This document shows positions 24,420 to 37,374 of a stretch of 64,000 nucleotides of DNA, piece after piece (positions within the stretch are counted from its first letter, which is position 1; each line of letters begins with the position of its first letter). The notes below the pieces were generated by a model. The model was not told the DNA's origin and made no database searches. It saw nothing but the letters and a program-made list of their open reading frames with translations. The position numbers were made by a program, and so were the translations under genes. Location: positions 434,001 to 498,000 of the forward strand of contig NW_026250423.1 of assembly GCF_024521635.1 (NCBI RefSeq). Direction: 5' to 3'. The stretch is from Tricharina praecox. Its lineage: Eukaryota.

Positions 24420-25783
24420 TTATCTAAAACTGCCCAGCCCAGGACCCTGGTTCACCATAGCGAGCCAATGCGGTTGATTTCTGAATTCGACTCTACGAGA
24501 TTCCAGATGGTCTAACAATTCGTCTATCGCGGGGAGGATGTCATGATAGGTGCAGTACTGGTTTTGGATTACTCCTCTGATGATGCTGCCTACCCATGGG
24601 CCATGGGAGTGCGGCGATTGAACCTCTGGATGCTCTCGAGTCTCCAGAGCTTCAACACCTTCCGTCCTTAGGGAATGTCGATGATCAGTGAAAATCATTT
24701 TTCACTCGGAGAACAGCCGTTCAACCCCGGGTCCTCAGCCGACATGGCTAGGATGGGATGGGGCGAATAGCAATCGCCATTCCATTCGGCCCAGGTTAGG
24801 AAACAGTCGTTGCTGACGGGTCCCAACTTCCAGCCACCCGGCCCATTGAATCGCCGCGGGCTGCGTGACTGTTTCGAACATTCCTCTCGAGTCTCGACTG
24901 GCAATGAGCAATAGTTCTTGAGCTCGTCAACCGGCGCCGCGTCCTGCACAGGTATTACCTCAAACCAGCGCTCAAATCCTCCGGCGTCCTCGTTGTGGAC
25001 TAGATTTTCGCCCTGTGGGTTTTGGTCCTTGGGGTGGCTGGCGACTGGCGATGGAGGCGTTCGTAGGTAGTTGGCGACCATGACGGCCCTGCGGAGGGGA
25101 AGGTTAGAGCCTGCTACCAAAACGTGTGTGTGAGGAAGGGTGAGGATCGAGACATACTCCTCGTGTAAGTTTTGTGGGCAGATGATAAGTTCCGGAATAA
25201 AATCGATTGCGCCCACAAGGGGCTCGGATCGAGAGATATATGCCACCGAGGGCTGAAGAAGGTGTTGCTGTGATTGCTGGGATTGTGAACAGTCAAGAAG
25301 AGAAGAGGTGTTTGTTGGCGGCGGGCGTGGGTGATGTGTGCGGAGGTTCGAAAAAGACATCGCGGCCTACTAGTAGGCCGGGCGTGCTGCGGCCGGAGGG
25401 GATGGGGTTGGGGTTGCGAATCATGTGGAAGCACTCGGAGCTTGCAAAAGTTCGAATCGGCTAGGTAGTTTGTTGGGAATGAGAGTGTTGCATGCGAAAT
25501 AAACCGAAGATCTCTCTCTCTGGAAATGAGAGTGTTGCCCGGGCCCTCTTGTATGCGGCACTAGATTGCTATTCTCTATCATTCCGGAACTGAGCCGGAT
25601 GGATCTACAAAAGTCCGAACGGACTGATAATCGAACAAACAAAACAGAAACTTGGAGCGGGTTGAAGGCCGACTGAGTCCGCTCGACATTAGGGGATGGG
25701 GGGATTCGCGACTTGGAATGACGTGGAATCGGTCGGAATCGGTGGTCGATTTTTCAAGCCATCGAATTGCAGTCCGTAACACT
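24420..25783 (-). pseudogene. degraded hAT-superfamily transposase relic with a possible element end near 25783
   Basis: Minus-strand frameshifted fragments DELKNYC..., FPNLGRM, ILAMSAE...VERLFSE*KMIFTDHRHSLRTEGVEALE match the hAT C-terminal dimerisation domain. TYHDILPAIDELLDHLE...AMVNQG matches a mid-domain segment. GGAATCGG/CCGAAC repeats and AGTGTTACGGA (rc) lie at about 25590-25783. Confidence 0.7.
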
Positions 25784-28700
25784 TCCAAGATTTAAGCCGT
25801 CAAGCATCAATCTACCATCAATTTTATTGTCTACCACAAGCCTTTGCCTTCTAGTAAAGAGGGCTCGGAAGATTGCCCTATGCCCCCCCCCACGAGCCCA
25901 GATCTGTACTAGTATCGATAATGAAACGTACACGGTTTTTAGATTTTCTTGCTTTCTGGATTGTCTTTTATGTGATGAGGATTGACGGCTTCAAAACTTG
26001 AGGAGCCATTGACTTAGACCTCTGACGAGCATCCTACATTAGTGCTTAAGTAAATGCAAATGAGTCGCGCCTGCGGCCAGCACATTTCACCTTCCCGCTT
26101 CTTCTCAATTCCGCCACAGGGGTTGATCGAGCAGAAGGTGCTTTTGTTGCAATAGTAAGCAGGACAACTATGCGGTCATTCAATGTGCCATTCCCGTACA
26201 ACAAGATGATATTCAACTAAATTTCTGTCTTCACTGCTCAGTATATCCGTCACAACTCAGCACTCGCCACACCTCCCTTCGGCTGTGTTGGAATTGAGAG
26301 AAGAACTTGACTTGATTGGTGTATTGATGCGAGAAAGATGAGATAGAAGACTGTTTATAAAGGCAAACGGGCTCGTGTAGACGACGAGATGAAGCCGGGC
26401 CTCAGACAGAGGATGCGACGATAACCGTCGCCGTCGCCGGACTGGGCTGGGGGCTTGAAGGCTTGAAGGCTTTCAGCTAGAGTAACGAGGCTGATTCTAA
26501 TGAGAAGCCATAGACAAATTACAATGCTAAGCAGCCACGAAGGAAATGAGGGTAGTATGCACAGGACAGTGGAAAGTAGCAGTGACACCGGAACAGGTAA
26601 TAAGACGCATAATATCAACAGACTGTGCTCAGAATTCTCCCGCCGGCGCATTGCTTCAGCCTTCGGCAGCCTCCGGTACTTGCGCTTCACGCCGTGCAGA
26701 AGGCGGCAGTGTGCAGTGTTCGCCATGGTCTGTTCTGTTCCGGTTGGGGACCGGACAGAGCCGCTCATGGTCTTCCAGTAGAAGCCCCCAAGGCTGAGTG
26801 AGTGGCCCTCACAGACGAAGAAGTACCGAGGACCGGATCCGGATGGGAAGGTACGGTCTGCAATCCGCCGGAAGACTGCACAGTGCGTCTTCGATGTGGG
26901 GTAGTTGTCCCCGCATTTTTCGCACCATTCGTTTCATTGATGATTGGAGCGAACAATTCCACCGGTGAATATCCGGCACGACATTGAATTATGCTACTCT
27001 CCAGCTGTTCCCTTGTCGGGAGTCGAGACAAGCCTCGTCGAAGCATCCCTGGATCCGGGGCCGGACCGGGAACGCAGCACGCTGAAACACGTGCGAGCGG
27101 GAGGCGGCAGGATGAAACGCGGGAGCGCTCAGGTACAGCGGTGGAGTGCAGGCTCAAGGATCGCAGCGGATGCAGGTCGGATAGAAAGGCCATACATACG
27201 CCGCACGCACTCTCGGGACATATATCCCCGGCATGCGAGTCTTCGTTGCGTCCCGAATGACCGATAATCCATATGGGCGTCGGAACATCGGCATCGGTTC
27301 CACGAGACCGTGGCCGTCAGAGTGACTGGTAAAACGTTTGGCCACGGTATGCACGGAGACAGTCCTCATGGCACTTTTTTCGGTTCCATTTATTAATCTA
27401 CGTTAAACGCAGTTGAATCGTGTTCGGCAGTGGCCAGACACGGAAGGCAAGAGACGGCCTGTCGATCGCACGTTGCGTCATCGCCCTCCGGCCGCGCGCG
27501 TGTTGATCGATCTATCTGCGACTTTGGAGGGAATTGGAACGCAGATGATGACACGTTCCCGCACCACCACCATACTCCACGGCCACCTTCGAATCGGTGC
27601 GCGTGGATCGGTTGATGAGGTGGAAACAGGCGCACGCGAGCACCTCGGTGTTGAAGTGCTTTGGAGGACATTCTTCCGTCACATTCGCCTATGTAAATCC
27701 GGACGAGGCCGTATGCAGAGTGCCTCAGTGCTCGCTCCCGGAGGCGGCCATGATGCGTGTCATGCGAGTGATTCAAGCGGGATATGATACTCGTGTGTCT
27801 CGAGTATCTCGCACCTTTCCCCGCACCACCACCCCACAGCATGCAACTATCAGCCCGAGAATCCATGCCACCACGGGGTATGCTGGTATCCATCGCACAG
27901 ATCAGCGGTTTGGCATACGAGTCTACGACGGACTTCGAACCGGTATTCTGAGGAGGATTTTCCATCACCTTGAGGAGCGGAGTGTCGAGAGGCGGACTGT
28001 ATCGGCCGTGGTGCTGCAAGCTGTTGTCTCGATTATGGCATCTCGTACGACCGCGGACGAGTGGATTGGCGGATCACTGCCCGGTACCTAGGTTCCGGCT
28101 TCTCCGCTTGGTTGTGCCGAACCGCAAAGGGGCGTAACTTGGAGGCGGCTGAAGTACCCGACGTGGCGATATGAGTGGTTGAGCCGTGGAGATCCTTAGA
28201 TCTGATCCAGCATAAATCCACGGCGTCCATCCACGTGGTCAGCCCAGGATAGCGCATGCTGCAGGAATCAGATGCCTTGACTCTTTCTGTCGTGAAGTCA
28301 ACACACACCTCGCTATGAATACCGGCGAACCGGATAACGGACCAGAGCTCCAGCCTCAAGGTGTGTACTTGCTTATGTAGAGTACATATGTACTTGATAT
28401 CACTCAGACACATCTCTGGTTTCATGCGAGTGACGATTATATGATTCGCTGCTCGAGAAACGGGCTTGCATGTGAGGCCTGGGGCTGAAAAGCGCTTACG
28501 CGTTCTCTAGTCTAAATTTGGCACTGTTCCATATGCGCTCAGCAGTGAGCACCATCTCGCTGAGCACAAGTCGTTCCGAGTCGTTCCCAGAAACCAGTTT
28601 TTTCTCCGTTGAATACAAGGCTTCGGGAACCGACGGAAGATTCTGTCCACCAATTCTTCCGCCTATTTTCAGCTTCCCCTCGCACATTTGAAAGCCATCC

Positions 28701-29065
28701 CTCCTCCTCCCGCTTTCTATCGAGCTTCGTGGGGGAGCACGTTAAACTATTGCTTGTCTTTCCCTTTGCAGACGTCTTGGCGCACTAGATCCCTGCATCC
28801 CTGCCGCGCTCTCAATCAGTTCTGCCTTCAAACCTTTGGGGGCGAAGTTAGGTCTGGATTTCACACTTGGGTACTCCGTATCAGCAACAGTCAGTCGTTA
28901 TCATCACCCGCGGAGTCTTGTAGACCCCATCCCGCTGCCCCTTCTCCACACGGAATACACACAGAAAGCACTTTCCCATTCTTTCTCGTCCTTTACCTTT
29001 CAGTCTGTATCGCTCGTTCGTGGCACGTCATTCGCTAGAAAGGAGAGAGGGAGAAAGGAGTCTCG

Positions 29066-31285
29066 ATGATGGGTTCCGGAAAACACCACAAGTGTGAGTA
29101 GCTGCCGCCGACTGGATATGTACATGGGATGTTACCGGAGCAGCTGCTAACTAACCCGGTGTGTCTGCAACAGTTGGCGTTGTCCTTGATGCAGGTTCGA
29201 GTGGGACCCGACTATACATTTACCAGTGGAATGATCCGGTACACGCTCGCAAAAAGGCGTCGACCGAGAAGCTGCGCAGTATTCCCAAGATCAAAACGAA
29301 GAAGCAGTGGACGAAGAAGGTCAAACCAGGTTGGTCTCCATCTCTGTCGCGCGCCTAGCGAGGACATCTGCGACGGCAGTAACTGATGATATGGGGGTTT
29401 AGGAATCTCCACGTTCCACGATAAGCCCGGATCCGTCGGCCATGACCACCTCGCGCCGCTTTTCGAACATGCGCTGAAGTCGATACCGCGGGCCGAAGTT
29501 CCGAACACGCCGTTGTTCCTGCTCGCGACGGCGGGAATGCGATTGGTTCCCGAGAACGAGCGGAAGCGGCTGCTGGACGAAATCTGCACGTACGCGCGAC
29601 GGAACACCGAGTTTCTCCTTCCCGACTGTGACTTGCACATCCAGGTGATACCCGGCGAAACCGAGGGATTGTACGGGTGGATCGCGGCAAACTATCTGCT
29701 GGGCGGGTTCGACGACCCGACGGTCCACGACGCGCATGCACACAGCAAACATGGCCACCACACGTATGGATTCTTGGATATGGGTGGCGCGTCGGCGCAG
29801 ATTGCGTTTGCGCCGAATGCGACGGAGTCGATCAAGCATGCCGATGACCTGAAGCTGCTCCGACTGAGGACCTTGGATGGGCAGGATATGGAGCACAGGG
29901 TGTTTGTGACGACTTGGTTGGGGTTCGGCGTGAACGAGGCTAGGAGGCGATATGTCGAGAGGATCGTCGAGGCAAGCGGCGCCCCTGGAGTCAAGGAGCT
30001 CCCGGATCCGTGTCTCCCGAAGGGACTGTTGAGGACTTTGGATGGAAAAGAGATTGAGGATCCGGCTGTGGCGAAGAAGACCGTGCATCTGATCGGAACA
30101 GGCCAGTTCGCAGAATGCGAACGGCAGGCCTACCATCTCCTCGACAAGGACAAGCATTGCGTGAATGCGCCCTGCCTTCTCAACGGCGTACATGTCCCGG
30201 CCATCGACTTCGACGTCAACCACTTTGTTGGTGTATCGGAATACTGGCACACTACGCACGAGATCTTCGAGGACAAGCACTCGACAAAGGCTTACGATTT
30301 CGCGACCTACCAGAAGCGCGTGAAGGAGTTTTGCGAGCGTGATTGGCACAGCATCGACGAGGATGTGAGCAAGCAGAAGTGGGGCAAGAAAGTCGATGTG
30401 GACACTGCGATGCAAGTCTGCTTCAAGGCGTCGTGGATCATCAATGTCCTTCACGACGGAATTGGAGTTCCACGTGTAGGGCTCGAGAGCCTGGGCAAGA
30501 GCTCTCACAACGGGACTAAGGAGGTTATCGAGGCCGTCAAGGAGAAGGGATTTATGGATTCTTTCCAGCCCGTCGACAAGATTGAAGATGTCGAGGTGTC
30601 GTGGACACTAGGACGAATGATTCTCTACGCGTCCTCGCAAGTTCCGCCGGCCAAAGTCGAGGGCAAAGAAGCACTTCCGGTAGGCTTTGGCGACAATATC
30701 TTCACCGCGAACGGCGTCCCCGAAGGATTTCAATATGGAGGGAGCGGGCCGCAAGGTAAGCACGGGAAGCCGTCGTTCCCCAGTGGAAACTACACGGCGC
30801 CAGACTCGCACTGGCATGATTCGTTGTGGCAAGAGGGCGATACCGCTCCCCGCCGGATTCCCGGTCTGGTCCTCTTCCTGGTCATCTTTGGTTTCGCCGC
30901 ATTGCTCCTCATCGGCCGCGAGAGAAGGCGCAGGATACTTCACATCTGCGCTTCCACCGTCAAGAGCAAGAAGCGCAAGATCCTTGGAAGCACCGGAATC
31001 GTTACGTACGAGCGGGTATTGGAGGATGGATACGAGAGTCCGTCGACGTTTGAGCTTGGAAGTTATGACGACGAGGAGGGATGGGGGACTCCGAAGCTCG
31101 AGGCTGGGCGCTACGACGACCCGGGCCTTGGCCCCCCACGGCTTGGACTGCATGTGGCGGGATCAAGCTCGACCGTTGGGCTTGCGACTAGGGTAGAAAG
31201 CAGGGAGCGACTCGCCACGCGGAGCAGGGAAGTGAGTCCATCTCGGAAGGGCCCGCGTGCGCGGAGTCCTCTGCCGCCTCGATAG
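29066..31285 (+). CDS. YND1: Golgi apyrase, GDA1/CD39 NTPDase family (exons 29066-29093, 29174-29329, 29403-31285)
   Basis: Apyrase conserved regions VVLDAGSSGTR, LATAGMRL, GETEGLYGWIAANY, DMGGASAQI and SWTLG. A single C-terminal TM helix (IPGLVLFLVIFGFAALLLI) and cytosolic tail give the Ynd1 topology. Confidence 0.93.
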
Positions 31286-31910
31286 TTTTGGGTGGGCGGA
31301 GAGCGGTGGAATGAGGAACGAGGAGGTCTAGGGCTTTCTCTTACGGAATTAATTGTGTTGTGGTGGGTGTTCTTCTTTACGCTTTCTTTTGTCGGGTACA
31401 TCAACTTTTAGTGCTGGGTTTGTTTGGTCGCTCTTGCTGTCGTCACAAAATGGGGTTCTTGTTTGATTCTTTTTGTGTTTGGGTCCGGTGTTAATTTCCG
31501 TTTTTGTTTTTTGTTTTCTTGGGGCCCGGAGTACAGTGCCTGGGTGTTTTCTTGAGGATTTTGGGGGATGAAAAGCCGAGGGAATGTAGATGTCATTGTG
31601 GCTTATTGTGGCTTGTTGTGTAGTATTGATGGATCTGAAGTCGTGATATGATGTTGCATCGAAATTGACACAGCGAGAATCTTCCGGTGTTGAGTGGAAT
31701 GTTCGTTGGTACCCATGGAATGATGTTCTTCTCGAAGATTCCATGGTGGGGCTGCAGCCTCCGAATGCGCGACCCATGCGCGTCTTCACCCCTCCACGTC
31801 ATAATCTACGTGCCGTCCAACATCCAACACCACACCTCACAACATCGACGCTCCAAAACGGACGCACAATTAACCTTTCCACCGCAATTACACGATCCAT
31901 ACCAGTCGCG

Positions 31911-32557
31911 ATGTTTGGCTGCATTGTCGCAGGGCGGCCCGGTATGTCCTTCCCAGTCTCGCCCGGCTGCCGTGGCCCGCTAACGTCGCCCTGTCCACAG
32001 TACAAACCAACCTCGAGTCGGTCTCGCCGACACAGTTCGTGTTCATCCTGCCCTCGGCCGCGAGCATAAACCACCTCGTGGTGTTCCTGCTGCCGGACAC
32101 AGTGCTGCCGCCGACACACGCGGCGACGGTGCACATCCTCTTCCCGGCGCGCGAGAACTTCATGCTGCTCGGCGCGATTTCGGGCGCAAAGCCCAGTGCG
32201 ATCTTCCGGGTGCGCGGGTTGGCGGGCGAGAACCAGGGTCACTGTTTGGGCGAGGGCGAGGTCACGCTGGGGATTAGTGTCGAGGAGGTCGCGAGCGTCG
32301 AGGCGCAGTTGGCCACCTTGGGAACGGCGGGCTCGCCGCAGACGGCGGAGGGCGCGCTGGTTAAGGCGGGCAAGAGCGTGGGCTCCCTTCTGCTGGCTCA
32401 GAGGATCATTGGTAACGCCTTCAATTACCTCGGCAGCTTCTCGATGCACGTCCAGGGCGAGGAGGTCGTGCCGCTAAAGGCGTTCAGGGAGTGGTGGGTC
32501 AAGTTTGAGAAGAAGGTTGAGTACGATCCTACGTTTTTAGAGCGCGAGGGGGAGTAG
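31911..32557 (+). CDS. OPI10: Opi10/Hikeshi (DUF775) family protein (exons 31911-31941, 32001-32557)
   Basis: MFGCIVAGRP|VQT, INHLVVFLLP, LLGAIS..KPSAIFRV, LGISVE, LAQRIIGNAFNYLGSF, VVPLKAFREWW.KFEKK...DP.FL. Intron GTATGT...GCTAAC...CAG. Confidence 0.92.
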
Positions 32558-32986
32558 TGTTTTATGTAGATGCTCGGCGGCGCATTGGGATTGCGGTTTG
32601 GTTTGACGATTCAGAGGGCGCTTTTGCTATGTACTGCGGAATTGTTCCGACCGAGATCAGACTACGGGGGTTTTTGTGATGCACCATATGCGTGGCGGGC
32701 GGGATCTTCCGCGGCGATCACTCGAACTTAGTGCATTCATGACGACATGTTGACAGCACAGAAGCTGAAATCGCAATTGATGATTCAAACAGAAACTCAA
32801 ATCATGCGACAATAGATTGATGTTCTCTCTCTCACAGAAATGCAATCATCTAGACTGCAGACAGGATTGGGAAGAGTGCGTATATCGCTATAGTCCATAG
32901 ACTGTATATGATTAATGGAGGAAAAGAAACACCAAAGAGAACAAAACAGAAAATTTAATTACACATGACTTGGACAATCAGCATCA

Positions 32987-33891
32987 TCATGGCCTAATAT
33001 CATCGTCCCACTCCGCCAAGAACCTCAAAATCGCCCCAGCAACTATGTCACCATCATGCTCCAACTCCCCCGCCTCCTTAGCCGCCTCCACCTCCTTATC
33101 CCTCGGTAACCCGCCCCGCTCCTGAATCTCTTCAATACTCTCCCTAACCATAACCTCATCGTATCCCAGATGTCCCTGGGTAGTAAAAATCCTCTTGTGG
33201 ACATAGAAACCCTGTACGGGGCAGTCCTTACTGCTCCCCCAAACATTCGGCTTGAGGTCCTTACCGCCGCAGCCGCGCTCGCACGACTCGTCCGACTCGA
33301 GGTCCACGTAATCCTGGTGCATCTGGTGGAGCACCAGCGTCTCCTGCCCGGTGGCGAATAGCTCCCGCCCGAGCGACGACAGCTCAACCTCGGTCGCCGC
33401 CAGCTCCCACGTTGTCGGATGATTCTTCACTGTCGCGCCGAGCACCGCCCGCGCAAGGATCTGGTGCCCGAAGCACACGCCCGTGAACCGTGTATCGGGG
33501 TATTTCCTCCACGCCACTGTGCGCTGCATCAGCCCTGCCCCACCACCTCCCCCTCCTGCTTCTCCCTGGACTAAAACCCACCTTGTATCCACTCGACCAA
33601 TTTCATGATCCACGCATCATCGCCGTGCGCATCATACTTGCTGCCGGTGATAAGCACGCCATCGTACTTCTGCAGGTCTTCTACGGGCGGCAGCTCGCAG
33701 TCGACAACGTAGTGCGGCGTGACGGCGACATCGATGCGCGGGTGCTGCTCGGCGCCGGCGCGCGAGAAGAGCTTTTCGAACGCTGTGGAAACTTTGCCTG
33801 CCGACGCTGGGAGGACGTCGGTTTCCAGGATCAGGATCGAGACGGAGGTGCGTGTGCGGTGCTGCGGTTGCGGTTGCGGTGAGCAGGTCAT
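32987..33891 (-). CDS. class I glutamine amidotransferase-like protein (exons 33891-33582, 33516-32987)
   Basis: ILILETD, DGVLITGSKYDAH.DD.WI.KL, nucleophile elbow GVCFGHQI, WEL, LHQMHQD and TTQGHLGY. Intron 33517-33581 (GTGGGT...GCTGAT...CAG). Confidence 0.88.
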
Positions 33892-34816
33892 TGTGGCGGT
33901 TTGTTGACCGCAACGTGACTGACGGGCTGCTACGGCGGGCTTTATATCCCCGCAGCGCGGACGGCAAGAGAGACATGATGACGGAGTGTGGAGTGTGGAG
34001 TGCGGAATTATGAATGCGGCATGCGGCCTGGCGGTATGGCATGGCCATCGGCGGGCGCTAACTAGTGCCGCCCAGCTAGTGACTCGGCATGACGATGATG
34101 GCATGTCCAGCATGGCATGGCATGGCATGGCATGGCATGGCGGGCTGGTTGGTTGGTCGGGCTCGGCCGGGGATCGCCTGGTTTCTGTGGGGATTCCTGC
34201 GGGATTCCGTGCGTCCGTCCCTGTTTCGCGGGAGTCCCGTCCACGCTTAAGTGCAAATCTCCAGCGTGCGAACACCTTGGCTGACGATGCGGACCGCGGT
34301 AGTTATACTAGTAGCTTAGCATCCGATCGATCATCGGATCGGATCACTGCTGCCATGGTTGGCTAGCGTGCCGAGTTGTGAAGCTGTTCGGGTGGATGGT
34401 GGATGATGGATCTGCTCAGGGACGGGTAGAGATGGTGCTTCACCTGTTTTTTTTTGGTTGCATTTGGTCTCATCGGATCATGGCAGACTGGCAGTTATGC
34501 CCATAACCGGATCCCCTCCACTGTCTCCGACCTTTGGCCGTGGGACTCGATGTCAGTTCTTTAAGTATTGTTCTCCGCCCAGCCCTCCTTCCATCACCCG
34601 CACCAAGGAAATGTGTCAGATTACGGCGTCCGGAGCACAAGAAATATCTCGCCTCATGTCCGCTGTAGAGTGATGGTGAAGTTTTAAGGAGCACTGTTTT
34701 TGAAGGAGTTAAGGACTCGTTCATGCGAACTGCATCCGGAAGAGGAGGTGCCTGGCCTGCTGTCTGGTCTCCCCAGCGGGTCTATCTCCCAATGGCAGAC
34801 ATATCCTGTATATATA

Positions 34817-35449
34817 AAGTACCAGGTCAAAAGTTTTTGTACACCTGCCCAACAGCGCCACCACACCATAGATATATACCTCTCTAACACAACAACCACA
34901 CATTAGAAAGTAGTAATAATTGGCATATATCATGAATACATACTAATAAAGCTTCAACGAGAATTCCAGCTCGCAAAGCTGATTATTTTATGCGAAGTAG
35001 GGCGGCTTGGCAGATTTCACTCAGGTCATTTCCCGCTGTAGATACAGCAACCAGAACGTAGTACAAAAATATGTGGACCATTAGAAGGTCTTCTAAACCA
35101 GGTAGAGAACCTTAATCGAAATCGGCACATAATTCTGAGTTGTTGTGGTTGAATAATGCCGTATGGAAGAGAAGTTGGTGTTGAAACTAGTTATCACGCA
35201 ATAACTTTGTATAAGGGTCCTATACAAAATCCGAAATCACTCTCCAACCCGTGCACAACACCATACAATGCGCCACCAGTCCGAGGCCAAAGTCGTCAGA
35301 ATTCTTATATGTGATGTATCTTGCGATTCTAAAGCTTCTATGAAAGACTCGATTTTTTTCCACCACGTGAAGGGTGTGTTTTGGTTACTTGAAAATGGGC
35401 ATTTTTGGTGTAAAACGGCCCCTGTACAAAAACTTTTGACCTAGTACTT
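34817..35449. mobile_element. Tc1/mariner-type MITE, 633 bp, with TA target-site duplication
   Basis: Left TA|AAGTACCAGGTCAAAAGTTTTTGTACA and right TGTACAAAAACTTTTGACCTAGTACTT|TA form 27-bp TIRs with 1 mismatch. The interior is AT-rich and non-coding. Confidence 0.85.
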
Positions 35450-37374
35450 TAGAAGGGCACCGGCCCGGAGAAGAAGAACCACAAGCAAGCAACAAAACAG
35501 TTCTGTCTTCCTACCAATCTTCCTATTTCAGTACATTTGACAAAATTTATGTGTGTACATGTAAGAAAAAGTCGCCCAAATACCGTAGTCGAACCCTACC
35601 CAGCCCCCTTTCGCTTCCGACATCCTGTCTATAGTAATCCCTCGCCGTTCTCCATCATCTATTTATCATCTGTTTATCATCCATCTTTTTTGTTTTTGTT
35701 GGGTGTTACTAGAATAGAGTGATAACCGGTGATATAGATTCACAAGTACTCACTCGCTCAATCAGCGAGCCTTCTTTGAAATCTACAGTTTCAATTCCCG
35801 CCCTATAAATCCCACACCCCTAGGTACTACAGAGGATTCCTTACCGCTTCAGCACAAGTTCCATAACTGCGGGTTTCACGATGTTTGTACCGAGTATACA
35901 AAACATGTTTGGTCCGCGCCGTTACTGATTTCCCCGTACCTACGCCGAGAGCGCCCGCAGGGCCGCAGCCAGTCGGCGAGCCGCGGACCAGAGGTACCTA
36001 CAGGTACATAGTACATGCCGGTGCAGATAAACCCGGCGTCGCGTTGTTGTCGCGGATACCAGCCTGAAGACCGCAGACCGCGACCGCAGATTGGTGGAGG
36101 AGTCAGGACAGACGCACGCATCCGATTGGCTGCGCCAATCGCAACGACGCAACGACGCAACTTCGAAGCGCGCCACCGGCGGCGGCGGTGGTGGAGTCAC
36201 GGGCAACGAACGAACGAACGAACGAACGAACGGCACGACTAAAAGACAAAGATAGAATACGGTGTACCTAGCAACGCAGGGCAATGCAACGCAGGGGAAG
36301 TTGTAACCGAGGGCGGCCGCCGGCGGGGGAATGCGCCGTCGTGTATGATATCCCCCGAGAGGCGCCAGATGTGCCAGACCTACTATGGGCCCTGGGGGCT
36401 ACCATGGATTCTACATACAAAGCTACATAAAAAGTTACATACAAAGCTACGTACATAGGCATTTACATACATCATACATGGGCATGCAGATGCAGACCAG
36501 TGACTACGGTTATATGTAGGTATTAGAATTTAGGCAATCTATGGGGGATCTATGTGGGATCTGTGAGGATCTAGGTAGAGTATGAAGAAACCTCCGACAT
36601 CGCCGAAAGCCCCCGTCTCACGTCCCCCGCCCTCCCCTGGAATATCTACCGTAGGCTGAGGTAGCCTGGAGGACGAGCGGTCATCCTGCTGCTATGAGAC
36701 TGTGGCGTACAAGGGCTTAGTTAAAGCTCAATGCCAGCCAGCCAGCCATCTCCGTGGTGTGGTTGTGGTTGCTTACGCATCTTCAGAATCTAGGTCACGG
36801 AAAGTTCCATCGCAAGTTCGTGGTATCTCACTCGCAAGGAGGGAGGGGTCACGCCGGAGCCCACGCCTCCGCAGGACCGCAGCAGGGCACTCACTTCGTC
36901 TCGTCTCGCCGGACAATCCCCATCGGCCAGCACCAGCTGACTCTGACTCTGACTTCCTGAGCGAGTGGACATGTGCTCGTGCCTGTGCCTGTGGCTGTGT
37001 GGGGCCGGTGTCGCTTCGAGTTGACGTACCCTCAACTACGTACCTACCTCCGTTTGTATGGTACCTACATACGCTGGGTCGCTGCTCCGCAGCTTCCCAA
37101 ACTCCGCGCGCGCGTTCACAGTATCATGTATGAGTGGAACAGTGCAAGCGTCGGCGGCGAAGCCTGGAAACAGAAGCCACTCAAGCCGTCATGCTGGGAA
37201 TGCTATGTATGTACACACAGCGACATCCCTCCCCCCCGCCCCGCACGGAGAATCCCGCCCGGCGCCGGATCGACCTCCCCCCACCACGGACGTCCACGCG
37301 AAGCGCAATGGTGATGGTGATGGTGACACGGCTTTAGTTGTAGGTATATTAGTAGAGTAGTGGAGTAGTCCGAA

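Noticed and set aside
26355..28425. Cluster of 100-200-aa ORFs on both strands
   Set aside because: No family motifs were found. They could be a decayed gene, but I cannot support a call without BLASTX.
29399..30508. 369-aa antisense ORF, and similar shadow ORFs over the ankyrin, ALDH, SNF2, OPI10 and xlnR genes
   Set aside because: These are expected antisense or alternative-frame by-products of GC3-rich coding sequence.
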